From: Candidatus Sericytochromatia bacterium
Lineage (GTDB): Bacteria > Cyanobacteriota > Sericytochromatia > UBA7694
DNA: 64,000 bases
Assembly (NCBI GenBank): GCA_050248915.1
Contig: JBFWRL010000001.1
Coordinates: 68,218-132,217 of the forward strand
Reading direction: 5' to 3'
Position 1 is the first letter of the stretch, and every line of letters starts with the position of its first letter. Positions 7,319 to 16,684 of the stretch are shown here, piece by piece. The notes beneath the pieces are model-generated. The model had not been told where the DNA came from and did not search any database. It saw nothing but the letters and a program-made list of their open reading frames with translations. The translations under genes and the position numbers were made by a program.

Positions 7319-10006
7319 ATGTTCAGCATCTTACTCCTGCCCACCCACCCACCTCTGCGGCCCCACGTTCTCAAGGCCTGGGCCTGGCAAAACCTGCCAC
7401 GCTCAGAATTTGAGGTCTTTGTGGTGCTGCCAGAGGGAGAAAACAGCGCAGACATCGATTGGCCAAACTGCTTGGCGGGCGGGGTGCTTAGCCCCGAACA
7501 GGCCAAAGCACTTGGTTCACAGCCAGCCAGAGACATTCTGCTCTGGGAGGCAGATTTTAGGCCCCACCGCGACCTGCTTTGGCAATTCAAAGCCGCCCGC
7601 ACGACTGAGCCCGCAGGGCTTTTGCAAGCAGTGGGCACCTGGCCCACACCGCTACCGCCTATTTGGCAGGAGATACTCACACAGGCCGACATGCCCCCTC
7701 CCTTTCAGCCTGATGCCTTTGATTCGCGTGTTTTGGCCCCCGATGAGGCCTTTGCTTCGGGTCTGTTGTTGCCCGCGGAGGCTTTTCAGGCTTTGTTACA
7801 AGCCCACCCCGATTTTTTAAGTCAAGATAGGCCTGATCTACGCACTCAGAGCCTGCGCCACTGGCTGCACACCCAATCCCCCAGCGCGTCTCAGACTGTG
7901 TATTTGATTCCCTCGGCCCGCGCCACGTGCTTAAAATTCCCCACCCCAAACAGCGCAGAATCCACACAGGCCCAACCTCTGCCTGTCTGGGAGCCCCCGC
8001 CGTGCCCGCTCAAGCTGCTGGTGGGCCCCCTGCCCGATCCGGCCCTGCTGGGGGACTATCTCTACAATCCCAACGTCAAAACATTTACGGCCCAGCCCTT
8101 TGCCCGTTTGCTCAGCCAAGCTGCCAATTACCCACTTGAGGCCTACGACCTGAGTTTTGATCTCAAGCAAGACAACTTTGATGCCCTTTTAAAACCCTTG
8201 CAGGCAGACTGGCAGCCGGATGTGATTCTCTGGTTGGCCCCGGCGGTTCAGGGTCTGCCGCCGGGCATCGAAGAAAGCCCTGTGCCCGTGGTGGCCCTGG
8301 TTCACGATTGGCACAGCTTGGGCCTGGGCACGCTCTTGGACTGTGCCACAGACTTTGATTGGCTCTTTTGCGATCAAAGTCTGCAAGCGATTTTGACCGC
8401 AGCAGGGCATCAGCACCTGTCGTATTGGCCCTGTTATGGCTTGGATCCTGAGCGCAGTTATGCCCTGCCCTGGCAGCCTGAGCCCGCGCCAGAAGCCGGC
8501 CCCCGCCCCTATGCCGTGGGTTTTGTTGGCACTTTGGCCTCGCCGTATTACCCTGAGCGGGAGCGGCTTTTGGCTGAAATCTCTCTGCTAAGCGCGCAAT
8601 GGCCGGTCTTATTGGCCGATGGCATCAGCGATCCCCATGAATACAACCGGCTGCTGAACCAATGCCAAGTCGTCTTAAACCCCACAGCCAGGGGAGAGAT
8701 GAACCTGCGGGCCTATGAAGCGCCAGCGGCAGGGGCTTTGCTGCTGAGCGAAGCTGGCAACCGCGAAATCCGGGCGTTTTTGCCCGAAGACGAATCGGGT
8801 TCGGGGGCGGCTTTGTTTTTTGAACCAGAGAGATTAACCGAAACCCTGACCGAGATCTTGGCCGACCCTGTGCGTTTGGCCTGTTTGGCCCAAAATGGGC
8901 AAAGAGCGATTCAATCCCACAGCTATACGGCTCAATTTGGGCGTCTGCTGGCCCTACTCATGCAACATTTGCCCCAAATCCAATCCCTGCGCCAAATTCG
9001 ACACCAAACTCGACACCCCCAGAGTGCCACACCGCCCTTCAGAAGCTGGGTTACGGCCCGACAATTGTATTTTTCCCGCACTCCCGGTGGGGTTGAACGG
9101 GCAGAGCGGGTCTTGGCTCAAGCCATTGCCACCCCGAAAAGAGATTCAGATCTCTCACACACTAGCGCAAGCGCTCAGGTCCGTTTGCTGAAATACACCC
9201 AGGCCCTGTTTCAGATTAATCAGGCGGTGGATTTTGCCCAGGCCGAAAGGGCAGGCCAAGCCCAGAAGCGACTCTGGGAAATCCTTTCGCCAGAACAGAG
9301 AGCGGCGTTTACAAAGGGTTTAAAGCACTTGTCTGAGCTGATGAACGAGGCCCCCAGCCCATTTTTGGCCTACCATCTGGGGTGGACCGCAGGCTATTTG
9401 CAAGATTATGCCCAGGCCCGGCAGCACCTGCAAAAGGCCCTGGCTCTGCCTTTTCCCGAGAGCCCCAGCGATCCCCATTACCGCCTGATTCTGCCGCTGG
9501 GGCACAGTGGCAAACACATTCCCCATTTTCAAATGGCTTATGCCCGGCGTTTGCAAACGCTGAGTTTGAATTCGGGTTTGACCTCAGCCGCCAACGCCTC
9601 AGCCTGGCCCTTGCAGGCCCTGATCCTGAGCCAGATCGCCCAACTCCAGGGCCATGCCCTGCGCGCTGAGCAACAACCCGCCTTAGCCCAAGAGGCCTAT
9701 CTGGCAGCAAGGCAGCTCTATCCTGAGTCGCCCGAACTCACATGGCTGCTGGCCCAGAGCGCCTTGGAAATGGGGCAAGCAGCAAAAGCGGAAGTCCTTT
9801 TGGCCGAGTTGGTGGCGGCCCACCCCCTGACCTTTCCCTACCGCTGGGAATGGCTCGGATTGCTCAAATCCCAAAAATCCCCACACTACAAACAGGCCCT
9901 GCAGCTCAGCAGGGCCCTGTTCCTGGGGCTCAACAACCACTTAAAAAACGACTATACCCAGGTCCTTCACTGGTTAGCGGCAGAATTAAACGCCGCCTCG
10001 CCTTGA
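7319..10006 (+). CDS. Large glycosyltransferase (GT1/CgeB-like GT-B domain) with C-terminal TPR-like helical repeats
   Basis: 895 aa. The central region (VGFVGTLASPYYPERERLLAEISLLSAQWPVLLADG...NLRAYEAPAAGALLLSEAGNREIRAFLPEDESGSGAALFFEPERLTETLTEILADPVRLACLAQNGQRAIQSHSYTAQ) looks like the C-terminal half of GT-B family-1 / spore-maturation CgeB-type transferases. The C-terminal 300 aa are Ala/Leu-rich TPR-like repeats. Confidence 0.6.
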   Translation: MFSILLLPTHPPLRPHVLKAWAWQNLPRSEFEVFVVLPEGENSADIDWPNCLAGGVLSPEQAKALGSQPARDILLWEADFRPHRDLLWQFKAARTTEPAGLLQAVGTWPTPLPPIWQEILTQADMPPPFQPDAFDSRVLAPDEAFASGLLLPAEAFQALLQAHPDFLSQDRPDLRTQSLRHWLHTQSPSASQTVYLIPSARATCLKFPTPNSAESTQAQPLPVWEPPPCPLKLLVGPLPDPALLGDYLYNPNVKTFTAQPFARLLSQAANYPLEAYDLSFDLKQDNFDALLKPLQADWQPDVILWLAPAVQGLPPGIEESPVPVVALVHDWHSLGLGTLLDCATDFDWLFCDQSLQAILTAAGHQHLSYWPCYGLDPERSYALPWQPEPAPEAGPRPYAVGFVGTLASPYYPERERLLAEISLLSAQWPVLLADGISDPHEYNRLLNQCQVVLNPTARGEMNLRAYEAPAAGALLLSEAGNREIRAFLPEDESGSGAALFFEPERLTETLTEILADPVRLACLAQNGQRAIQSHSYTAQFGRLLALLMQHLPQIQSLRQIRHQTRHPQSATPPFRSWVTARQLYFSRTPGGVERAERVLAQAIATPKRDSDLSHTSASAQVRLLKYTQALFQINQAVDFAQAERAGQAQKRLWEILSPEQRAAFTKGLKHLSELMNEAPSPFLAYHLGWTAGYLQDYAQARQHLQKALALPFPESPSDPHYRLILPLGHSGKHIPHFQMAYARRLQTLSLNSGLTSAANASAWPLQALILSQIAQLQGHALRAEQQPALAQEAYLAARQLYPESPELTWLLAQSALEMGQAAKAEVLLAELVAAHPLTFPYRWEWLGLLKSQKSPHYKQALQLSRALFLGLNNHLKNDYTQVLHWLAAELNAASP

Positions 10007-10026
10007 GTCCCGCTGTAGACGAAGGC

Positions 10027-10773
10027 TTATTGGGCTGCGGCTGTGGGCTCAGCAGCGCTTTTGTTGCTCAAGTGGGTCTCCAGCAAATGGGTCACCCGGC
10101 AGAGCACAGCCGCCATTTCGTAGCGGCTGATCGTGTTCTCGGGCCGAAAGGTGTGGTCGTGGTAGAGGTTCATAAATTGGTAGCGATTGAGCGCCGCTGC
10201 AATATACGGAGAATACTGAGAACGGGCATCCATATCCTGAGATTTTTCGGCCATGCGAATGCCTTCACCCAGAGATTTGCCTGAGGCTTTTTCGGCACGC
10301 ATCAGCAATTCACTCAGTACATACGCCACATGTTTGCGGGTGGCGGGCTGATCGCCGTCTTTGGCTTGGGCCTTGTCGAACATGACCTGGGTCAGGTCGT
10401 ATTCCTGCAAAAGGGTACGCACATAGGGATAGGCCCAATGCTCGGGCAGAGCGGGCACAATCGCTTCGCGTTTGACCACCGGCTGAATGTCGATGGCATG
10501 GGTCAGGCGGATCTGGTTCAAGAGTTTATTGGTCACAGCGGCCAAGGCAAAACGGGTGACTTTCCAGTCGCCCCGGAAGGTGTGGTCGGTATAACCATCC
10601 ATCAGGCGGTAATCGTTGACCACTTTGCCCACACAGTCGAAACACCAATGGGGCGCAGAGATATCTACCAGATAGGCACTGGGAACGGGTTCAGCGGCCT
10701 GGGCTGGGGTGGGGTTCAGCAAGAGCAGGGAGGCCAGCAGGCCACCGGTTAAGATGCGGTATATGGGTCCCAT
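10027..10773 (-). CDS. Secreted S-layer-homology (SLH) domain protein
   Basis: Signal peptide (LLASLLLLNPTPAQA). Two SLH-like motifs are present: GYTDHTFRGDWKVTRFALAAV and LYHDHTFRPENTISRYEMAAVL (compare G-x-DGTFRPN-x-ITRAEFA). Confidence 0.7.
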   Translation of the reverse strand: MGPIYRILTGGLLASLLLLNPTPAQAAEPVPSAYLVDISAPHWCFDCVGKVVNDYRLMDGYTDHTFRGDWKVTRFALAAVTNKLLNQIRLTHAIDIQPVVKREAIVPALPEHWAYPYVRTLLQEYDLTQVMFDKAQAKDGDQPATRKHVAYVLSELLMRAEKASGKSLGEGIRMAEKSQDMDARSQYSPYIAAALNRYQFMNLYHDHTFRPENTISRYEMAAVLCRVTHLLETHLSNKSAAEPTAAAQ

Positions 10774-11390
10774 GTCAGTTCACCTAAAATCCAATTTAGC
10801 TGTTCCCGGGTACTTTCCAGATCCCGGCTGTTATCTATCACTTCGTCGGCTTTCTCAGCCTTGATCTCAATCGACAATTGTGCGTCTATGCGGGCCTGGG
10901 CCTCTGATTCTGAAAAACCATTGCGGGCCATCAGGCGCTCTTTCTGAACAGCTTCAGGACAGTATACCACAATCGTTTTATCCACAAAATGCGCCATATT
11001 GACCTCATAGAGCAGGGGAATGACCAGCACCAGCAAAAAATTCTTTTTTGCCCCGCTTTGAGCCCTTTCGGTCTCTTGGGCGCGCAATTCTGTTTCTATT
11101 TGGCGCAGGGCGGCTTTCACGCCGGGATGTACAATCTGGTTGAGCTGCTCACGCTGGCTTTCATCAGCAAAGACAATCCCGCCCAAGACCCGGCGGTCGA
11201 TCTGGCCATCGGGGGCCAAAATGCTTGCGCCAAAATGGGCCAAAACCTGTTCATACACCGGCTGGCCGGGCTCCATGAGCTGATGGGCCACCAAATCGGT
11301 GTCCACGACCTTGGCACCAGCTTCGACCAGCATGGCGGCCACAGCCGACTTGCCCGAGGCAATGCCGCCCGTCAGACCAATGCGGAACAT
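10749..11390 (-). CDS. coaE: Dephospho-CoA kinase
   Basis: 213 aa. The N-terminal P-loop MFRIGLTGGIASGKSAV and its length are typical of CoaE. Confidence 0.85.
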   Translation of the reverse strand: MFRIGLTGGIASGKSAVAAMLVEAGAKVVDTDLVAHQLMEPGQPVYEQVLAHFGASILAPDGQIDRRVLGGIVFADESQREQLNQIVHPGVKAALRQIETELRAQETERAQSGAKKNFLLVLVIPLLYEVNMAHFVDKTIVVYCPEAVQKERLMARNGFSESEAQARIDAQLSIEIKAEKADEVIDNSRDLESTREQLNWILGELTWDPYTAS

Positions 11391-11402
11391 GGCGTTGCCC
11401 CC

Positions 11403-12578
11403 TTAAAAGAGCTTAAATTTCTCAATATTGACCTTCACGCCTTCGTCTTGCAAGAGCTGGCGGATCTTTTTCTCGTTGAGCAATTGGTTTGCATTGTCGA
11501 GCACCGGATCGAGGCGATCCAAACTGTTGCCCACTTTGGTCATGAGTTTGTCGGCATTGCCCAAGACTGGCGTGAGCTGGTCGAGCACAGCAGGCAGGCG
11601 ATCGAGGGTCGCCGGGGCCTTGCGCAGCAGAGGTGGCAATTCAGACAACGAGGTATTCAGATTGGGAATCAGGTCGGGGTGGCGGCTTAAGCTGTCGGTA
11701 AATTGCTCAGCATCACGCGAAATATTGTCGATCCGTTTGGCAAGCTGCTCGCCATTTTCGCTGAGTGGGCCGGTGATCGTGTGCACTTCGCTGGAAACAG
11801 CCTTCAGGCTGCGCAGCAATTCAGGGGCATCGCTGCCGAGGCTGGCACTGGCCACACGCAGATTGGAGATAATGCTTTCTATCGAAGCGCCATTGCGACT
11901 GAGCAGGCGATTGGCCTGACCGGCAGCGCCATCGAGATTTTTCACAATCCGGGCAATTTCGTTTTCGTTGCCCGAGACCGTCCGCATCAGCGAGGCGGTG
12001 CCTTTGATCAAATCGCCCATGTCTTTTTCTTTGCCTTTGACGGCCACCGCAAAGGTGTGCAAAAGGGTGTTGAGATCATCGGGATCGAGTTTGGTTAAGA
12101 CCGGCGCCAGGTGGTTGAGCACCTCGTCGAGGTCCACGGGGGTCATGGTGTTTTTGATCTGCTCACCATTGGGCAGTGGGGGCGCTTGGGGAGAGCCCGC
12201 ATCAATTGAAATGTATTTTTCGCCCAAGAGACTTTTGGAGCGGATTTCTGCGCGGGCATCGCTAAACATTTTAATCTCGGGGTTCACCACCAAATGCATC
12301 AGGGCCCGGCCTTGGCGCACTTCCATGCTCTCAACGTGGCCGACTTCGATCCCGGCCATCATCACCGGGGCATCTTTGACCACGCCCACGGCACTGTTAA
12401 ACACGGCAGTAAACTTGACCGTCTCGCCAAATTGAAACCGGCCCAATGTGAGCGACATATATGCCAATAAAGCGCCTGCGGTCAGAATAAATCCGCCGAG
12501 CGCCAATTCTTTCCAGTGTTTAACCATGGGTTCTGCCTTGTTTTCTTCGTCTCTGTCTGTGACATTTGCTCGTGTCAT
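11403..12578 (-). CDS. MCE/MlaD-family protein with long C-terminal helical region
   Basis: N-terminal TM helix followed by an MCE domain (FTAVFNSAVGVVKDAPVMMAGIEVGHVESMEV...SKSLLGEKYISID). The C-terminal region is coiled-coil-like (repeated L-x-x-L heptads). Confidence 0.75.
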   Translation of the reverse strand: MTRANVTDRDEENKAEPMVKHWKELALGGFILTAGALLAYMSLTLGRFQFGETVKFTAVFNSAVGVVKDAPVMMAGIEVGHVESMEVRQGRALMHLVVNPEIKMFSDARAEIRSKSLLGEKYISIDAGSPQAPPLPNGEQIKNTMTPVDLDEVLNHLAPVLTKLDPDDLNTLLHTFAVAVKGKEKDMGDLIKGTASLMRTVSGNENEIARIVKNLDGAAGQANRLLSRNGASIESIISNLRVASASLGSDAPELLRSLKAVSSEVHTITGPLSENGEQLAKRIDNISRDAEQFTDSLSRHPDLIPNLNTSLSELPPLLRKAPATLDRLPAVLDQLTPVLGNADKLMTKVGNSLDRLDPVLDNANQLLNEKKIRQLLQDEGVKVNIEKFKLF

Positions 12579-12614
12579 CTGCTTGTGTGAGGGGTGTTTA
12601 CACAGGAAGGTATT

Positions 12615-13589
12615 TTACCATTGTTTTTGGATGGGCCCAAAATTTGCCTGCAACGCCCGCAACCAATGCGCCACCGTGCCCCGCTCGGCATAACGCATAT
12701 ATTGCACAAAGCGGTGCAAATGGCTGGAGATCACCCGCTCCCCATCGGATTCAAAGCCCTCGTGGTAGTCAAAGTCTGTCTGGGCCAATTCAAACAGCGC
12801 CAAATGGCCAAAGAGATCGGGCCTCTGCCGCACCGCCTGCAAAAAGGGCAAGGTATATTCAGCAAAGGCGCGGGGATGATTGAGATGGTAGATCACCGGC
12901 TGCCCGAGCTGCACCCATTTGACCGAAGCAAACCAGGGCTGATCGGGCAAATGCAAAAACAGATCAAAGAGATCCTGAAAATACAGCGGCACAGTCACAG
13001 CCGAAAAGAGCCTGTACTGCCGGGTCAGGGCCACAGGCAAGACAAAGGCATCCTCCGACCAGGGGGCCAACTTAAACACGAAATCTGGCCGATGGGGCTT
13101 GCGCTCAATCCAGCTCACCGCCCCACTCTGTTCCAATTGCTCAAGCCAGGTATCAGGTTTAATCTCGCCAGGCGTCAGCGGGCAGCGCAATTGATTGACC
13201 CGGTAAACCGCCTCGGGGCCCTGTTCGGCCTCGCAAGTCGCAATGCCCGCCAAAACGCCTGAGACAAAATCCGGGGCAGGCCAGCACTCTTGGTGCAAAT
13301 AGCTCCAATAGTCCCCCCAAACCGAATGGCCAAACATGCCGCCGAGATAGCGCACGAGATCCCAGCAGCAGACCCCCGCAATTTCGGGATAGGGAATCGC
13401 CACCACCTGATGGGAAAAAGTGGCCTGTTGCAAGGCCTGTTTTAATTCCCCCGCCTCGGCCCCCTGATGCAGATAAATGACCTGAAAGTTTGCGTTGTCT
13501 TGGGCATTTAAAGCCCGAATCTGGCCTGTCAGATAGGCCTCGGGCAAATAGCGGTGATGGGCAATTAAAAAAGTGAGAGGGGGTGACAT
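12615..13589 (-). CDS. Hypothetical protein (possible glycosyltransferase-like fold), start placed at the second ATG
   Basis: The ORF track gives 12615..13643. The terminator hairpin of the upstream gene (13632-13656) overlaps the first 18 codons, so I place the start at ATG 13589 (MSPPLTFLIAHHRYLPEAY...). I recognise no conserved motif. It could instead be a signal-anchored version starting at 13643. Confidence 0.45.
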   Translation of the reverse strand: MSPPLTFLIAHHRYLPEAYLTGQIRALNAQDNANFQVIYLHQGAEAGELKQALQQATFSHQVVAIPYPEIAGVCCWDLVRYLGGMFGHSVWGDYWSYLHQECWPAPDFVSGVLAGIATCEAEQGPEAVYRVNQLRCPLTPGEIKPDTWLEQLEQSGAVSWIERKPHRPDFVFKLAPWSEDAFVLPVALTRQYRLFSAVTVPLYFQDLFDLFLHLPDQPWFASVKWVQLGQPVIYHLNHPRAFAEYTLPFLQAVRQRPDLFGHLALFELAQTDFDYHEGFESDGERVISSHLHRFVQYMRYAERGTVAHWLRALQANFGPIQKQW

Positions 13590-13619
13590 GGCTTCTATTA
13601 TAACCAGCAGAAGTAAGGG

Positions 13620-13656
13620 CCCCAAACAAAACAGGGCTGGCATGGCGCCAGCCCTG
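13620..13656 (-). terminator. Rho-independent terminator for the glycine-zipper gene (minus strand)
   Basis: Perfect 10-bp GC-rich stem cagggctggc / gccagccctg (13632-13641 and 13647-13656) with a 5-nt loop. On the minus strand it is followed by a U-rich tract (plus-strand aaacaaaa at 13620-13631). It lies 22 nt after the stop at 13678. Confidence 0.55.
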
Positions 13657-13677
13657 TTTAAAAAGAGAACTTAAAAC

Positions 13678-14226
13678 TTAGGTCAAGGAGCGGCGAATAC
13701 CCTCGGTATTGAGGATTTTATTCGCCAAAACGGCACCCAAGGCACCGCCGACCACGCCTGCGATAATCAAGGGATTGCCGGGGGCTGCGCCCAGGGCTTT
13801 GAAGATCGCCATGGTGCCACCACCAACAGCCACGCCACCGATGGCGCTAACGCCACCCTGGAGGGTATCTGTGAGGATATTCCCGACCGTGGTTGAAGCG
13901 GATTGTTTGCCGTGGGTCAGAGAAGCCAGGTTTTTGACAACCGAGACAGAGCCGCTGATGGCTGCGCCGATGCCGACAGAGCTCATCATAAACTGAGTCA
14001 GGGGTTGACCCGAGCCAGATTTGGCATAGGTAAAACCGGTATAGCCGCCCACCAGCATTTTGGTGATCGCGCCGTCTCCGCTGGCCGCGCGGTTGGTATC
14101 AAAGAAAGCAGTATCTGCGCCGTACACAGCGGAACTTGGCCGAATAGTCGCTGCGGCAGGTTGCGTTGGGTTATTCCCTGAATAGGGGTTATAACCAAAA
14201 AAGGAACGGACCTGATCGACGAGCAT
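13678..14226 (-). CDS. Glycine-zipper (GxxxG-repeat) hydrophobic protein, no signal peptide
   Basis: 182 aa. The C-terminal 90 aa are tandem small-residue zippers (AIGGVAVGGGTMAIFKALGAAPGNPLIIAGVVGGALGAVLANKIL). The N-terminal 70 aa are polar and Gly/Asn/Pro-rich. The gene has its own terminator. Confidence 0.55.
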   Translation of the reverse strand: MLVDQVRSFFGYNPYSGNNPTQPAAATIRPSSAVYGADTAFFDTNRAASGDGAITKMLVGGYTGFTYAKSGSGQPLTQFMMSSVGIGAAISGSVSVVKNLASLTHGKQSASTTVGNILTDTLQGGVSAIGGVAVGGGTMAIFKALGAAPGNPLIIAGVVGGALGAVLANKILNTEGIRRSLT

Positions 14227-14261
14227 AGTAACCTCGCTTGACCTAAAATTAATTGTTTCTT

Positions 14262-14348
14262 AATTAAAGGTTTAGAAGATCTTGATCTTGATCTTGTCAG
14301 ATCTCCACAATTGTTAAAGAAAAATTAAACGGTTGTTAACCTTTAATT
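14262..14348. repeat. 11-bp inverted repeat (aattaaaggtt / aacctttaatt) flanking a (GATCTT)3 tandem repeat in the glycine-zipper gene leader
   Basis: aattaaaggtt at 14262-14272 and its reverse complement at 14338-14348. gatcttgatcttgatctt lies at 14279-14296. All sit in the 130-nt gap between the YbjN-like gene stop and the glycine-zipper gene start. Confidence 0.5.
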
Positions 14349-14356
14349 GTGAGACC

Positions 14357-14878
14357 TTAGCCCAAAGCGGGCGCGTTGACGGGGGCCGTGTTGGGAATGG
14401 CTGGAATCGTTGGATCCAGGCTGGCAAACTTGAGCAACATCTCAGCCATTTGACTGGCCAATTGGCGACCAAAGAAGAGCACCATTTGCACCAATTCCAA
14501 AAGCCGAAAGCCCGAAATGGCTGTGAGCGCCGTGGTGGGAGACCAGCGGAAATAAGGGGTATCGTCTTCGGCCAGACCCGTGCTGCCCCAAGGCAGACGG
14601 CGGTTAAAATCCACCAAAACGTCGGTGAGATGGGCAAAGGTGCTTTCGGGCACATTGACCGGATAAGCCAGATAAAACTCCCAGCGCTCATCAAGATTGT
14701 CTGAGGCAGGGCGAATGTCGAGAAAGAGATCGGTTTCGGGAATTGGCAGACGCAAATAGTCCAGACCGCTGGAGCCAGGGGTCTGCAGGGCAGCATAGCC
14801 GCCTTCAGTCAGCACCTGCTGCAAATCGGAAAGGGAATGGACGGGTTGTAAAAGTGGACTTGTCAATTGGGCCACCAA
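14357..14878 (-). CDS. Hypothetical protein, YbjN-like / type III secretion chaperone-like fold suspected
   Basis: 173 aa, acidic and cytoplasmic. The size and the pattern (…FYLAYPVNVPESTFAHLTDVLVDFNRRLPWGSTGLAEDDTPYFRW…) recall the YbjN putative sensory-transduction-regulator family. This is recall only and needs HMM confirmation. Confidence 0.4.
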   Translation of the reverse strand: MVAQLTSPLLQPVHSLSDLQQVLTEGGYAALQTPGSSGLDYLRLPIPETDLFLDIRPASDNLDERWEFYLAYPVNVPESTFAHLTDVLVDFNRRLPWGSTGLAEDDTPYFRWSPTTALTAISGFRLLELVQMVLFFGRQLASQMAEMLLKFASLDPTIPAIPNTAPVNAPALG

Positions 14879-14998
14879 CTCACTGATGATTTCCTTATTG
14901 TAATTGAAATTTGTGATTTTTACACCCCGCGTGAATCAAATTTAAGCTTGATTTTGATCAATCCAGGTCGGAGTTCCCGGCCTGTCTCAAAAAAGAGT

Positions 14999-15700
14999 AT
15001 GATAACAAAAACAGACAAAAAAACCATGAACAAACGATTCTCTGAGCTTCAATTGCCCCAGTTAGAACCCATTCCCAGTCGCTGGCAACACTGGCACAAC
15101 GGGGTGTTGGCTTTGCTGCTGTTGGCCAGTATGCTTTGGCTGCTGTTTAAACTCGATCAGAGCAGTTTGGCTGTCGTCGAAATCACCGGGACCCGCTTAG
15201 CGCAAGTGGGCTGGGTCAGTGGCTTGTCTTTGGCCTGTGGGGCTTATGCCGTTTGGTTGCACGCCCGCAAACTCTGGTCAGAACAGGGGATCGCCTTCCG
15301 CAACGATGGCCGCGATGACCGGGTTCTGACAGGGATTATCCTGGGCACAGCCCTGCTTTTCTGTTGCCTCTGGTCGGCCATTCTGGACTATAATGAGTCG
15401 GCACCCCTGGAACTGGCTCCCACGACATACCGTTTGGCCACCATCAGCGGAAGTTCGCTGGTGTTAGAATCTTTGCCCAAAGGCCCCAGGCTCAAACTGA
15501 ACTTAAGTGGTTACAAACACAGCTTGTTTAAACGGATGCAGCCCGGAGACAGCTTTGGGGTCAAGCGACAACCTGGGCGCTTGGGTTTTGCATATATCAG
15601 CCTGTTGATTTGGCGAAACAAACAGGAAAAAAGCATGATACTCTGGCCCCGACAAAGGCCGTTACACAGCCCCCAGCCATCAGAGCGCCGCCCCGAATAG
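14999..15700 (+). CDS. Hypothetical membrane protein
   Basis: The 14867 ORF is trimmed to ATG 14999 (MITKTDKK...). The upstream portion overlaps the divergent gene and lacks an RBS. Three predicted TM helices (VLALLLLASMLWLLF, VGWVSGLSLACGAYAVWL, GIILGTALLFCCLWSAIL). Confidence 0.4.
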   Translation: MITKTDKKTMNKRFSELQLPQLEPIPSRWQHWHNGVLALLLLASMLWLLFKLDQSSLAVVEITGTRLAQVGWVSGLSLACGAYAVWLHARKLWSEQGIAFRNDGRDDRVLTGIILGTALLFCCLWSAILDYNESAPLELAPTTYRLATISGSSLVLESLPKGPRLKLNLSGYKHSLFKRMQPGDSFGVKRQPGRLGFAYISLLIWRNKQEKSMILWPRQRPLHSPQPSERRPE

Positions 15701-15715
15701 AAAGACAGAGGCCCC

Positions 15716-16684
15716 ATGTTACCGGATTTTCTCAAAGATTTTCTCCTGCTCGAAGCCCAAAAGCAGCCCCTTAAACATCTCAAACCAGCCCACGAACAAC
15801 TCAGTTTGAATTACCGCGACCAGAGTGGCCAAAGTGGCGTGCGCCTGAATACCCAGGCCGATCGGCAGGTCTACCGGCTCAGCCGCTTGCCCGCGATTTA
15901 TGCGGTGATCGAAGCCCTGGCCAAAGAACTTCAGGCCCAATTGCCAGATTTTGCCCCCACTTCGCTGCTGGATTTGGGTGCCGGCCCGGGCACGGTCAGC
16001 TTGGCCCTGGCCCAGCATTTTGCCAGCCTGGAGCAGATCTTTCTCTGTGAGCGCGACCGCGAACAGGTGCGCTGGGGGCAACAGCTCTTTGGAGCTTCTG
16101 GCAACCCGTTGTTAGAGGCTGCCCGCTGGGACATCGCCGATCTGCTCTCCTTGCAAAGATGGCCCCAGGCCGATCTACACTGCCTGTCTTATGTGCTCAA
16201 CGAATTGGACCCCAGCTCGCAAACCCAGCTCTTGGGCAAAATGTATCAGCAGCCCTTTCAGGTGTTGCTCTTGGTCGAACCTGGCACCCCGTTGGGATAC
16301 AAACATATCCTGGCAGCGCGCAAATTGGCGCTCGAAAGCGGATTGCAGCTGCTTGGCCCCTGCCCCCATGCCCAGGCTTGCCCTTTGCAAGCCGGTGATT
16401 GGTGCCACTTTGGCACACGGGTGGCCCGCACACAGGTTCAGCGCTATCTCAAAGACGGCTTTGAATCTTACGAAGATGAAAAATTTGCCTGGCTGGCTGT
16501 CAGCAAAACGCCACTGCTGCAATCACCCGCCGCACGGGTCTTGCGCCGCCCTGTTTATCGCAAAGGGGTGGTCGATCTCACGCTCTGCCAAAGCGATGGC
16601 AGCTGGAAAACCAGTTCCATCGCCCGCAGCCACGCCCTTTACAAAAAAGCCCGCAAAGTGGACTGGGGCGGAAGTTTAAGTTAA
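15716..16684 (+). CDS. Class I SAM-dependent methyltransferase (Rsm22/COG5459-like)
   Basis: SAM motif I LLDLGAGPGTVSLALAQHF. The overall length and layout resemble the Rsm22-type small-subunit methyltransferase family. Confidence 0.5.
   Translation: MLPDFLKDFLLLEAQKQPLKHLKPAHEQLSLNYRDQSGQSGVRLNTQADRQVYRLSRLPAIYAVIEALAKELQAQLPDFAPTSLLDLGAGPGTVSLALAQHFASLEQIFLCERDREQVRWGQQLFGASGNPLLEAARWDIADLLSLQRWPQADLHCLSYVLNELDPSSQTQLLGKMYQQPFQVLLLVEPGTPLGYKHILAARKLALESGLQLLGPCPHAQACPLQAGDWCHFGTRVARTQVQRYLKDGFESYEDEKFAWLAVSKTPLLQSPAARVLRRPVYRKGVVDLTLCQSDGSWKTSSIARSHALYKKARKVDWGGSLS

Noticed and set aside
12615-13643. Longer N-terminal extension (MPALFCLGPLLLLVIIEA...) of the 342-aa hypothetical ORF
   Set aside because: The first 18 codons overlap the 10-bp-stem terminator of the upstream gene. 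I prefer the ATG at 13589, although the extension does look like a signal anchor, so this remains uncertain.
14867-14998. Upstream 44 codons of the 277-aa plus-strand ORF
   Set aside because: It overlaps the start of the divergent YbjN-like gene and has no RBS. The internal ATG at 14999 is preferred.
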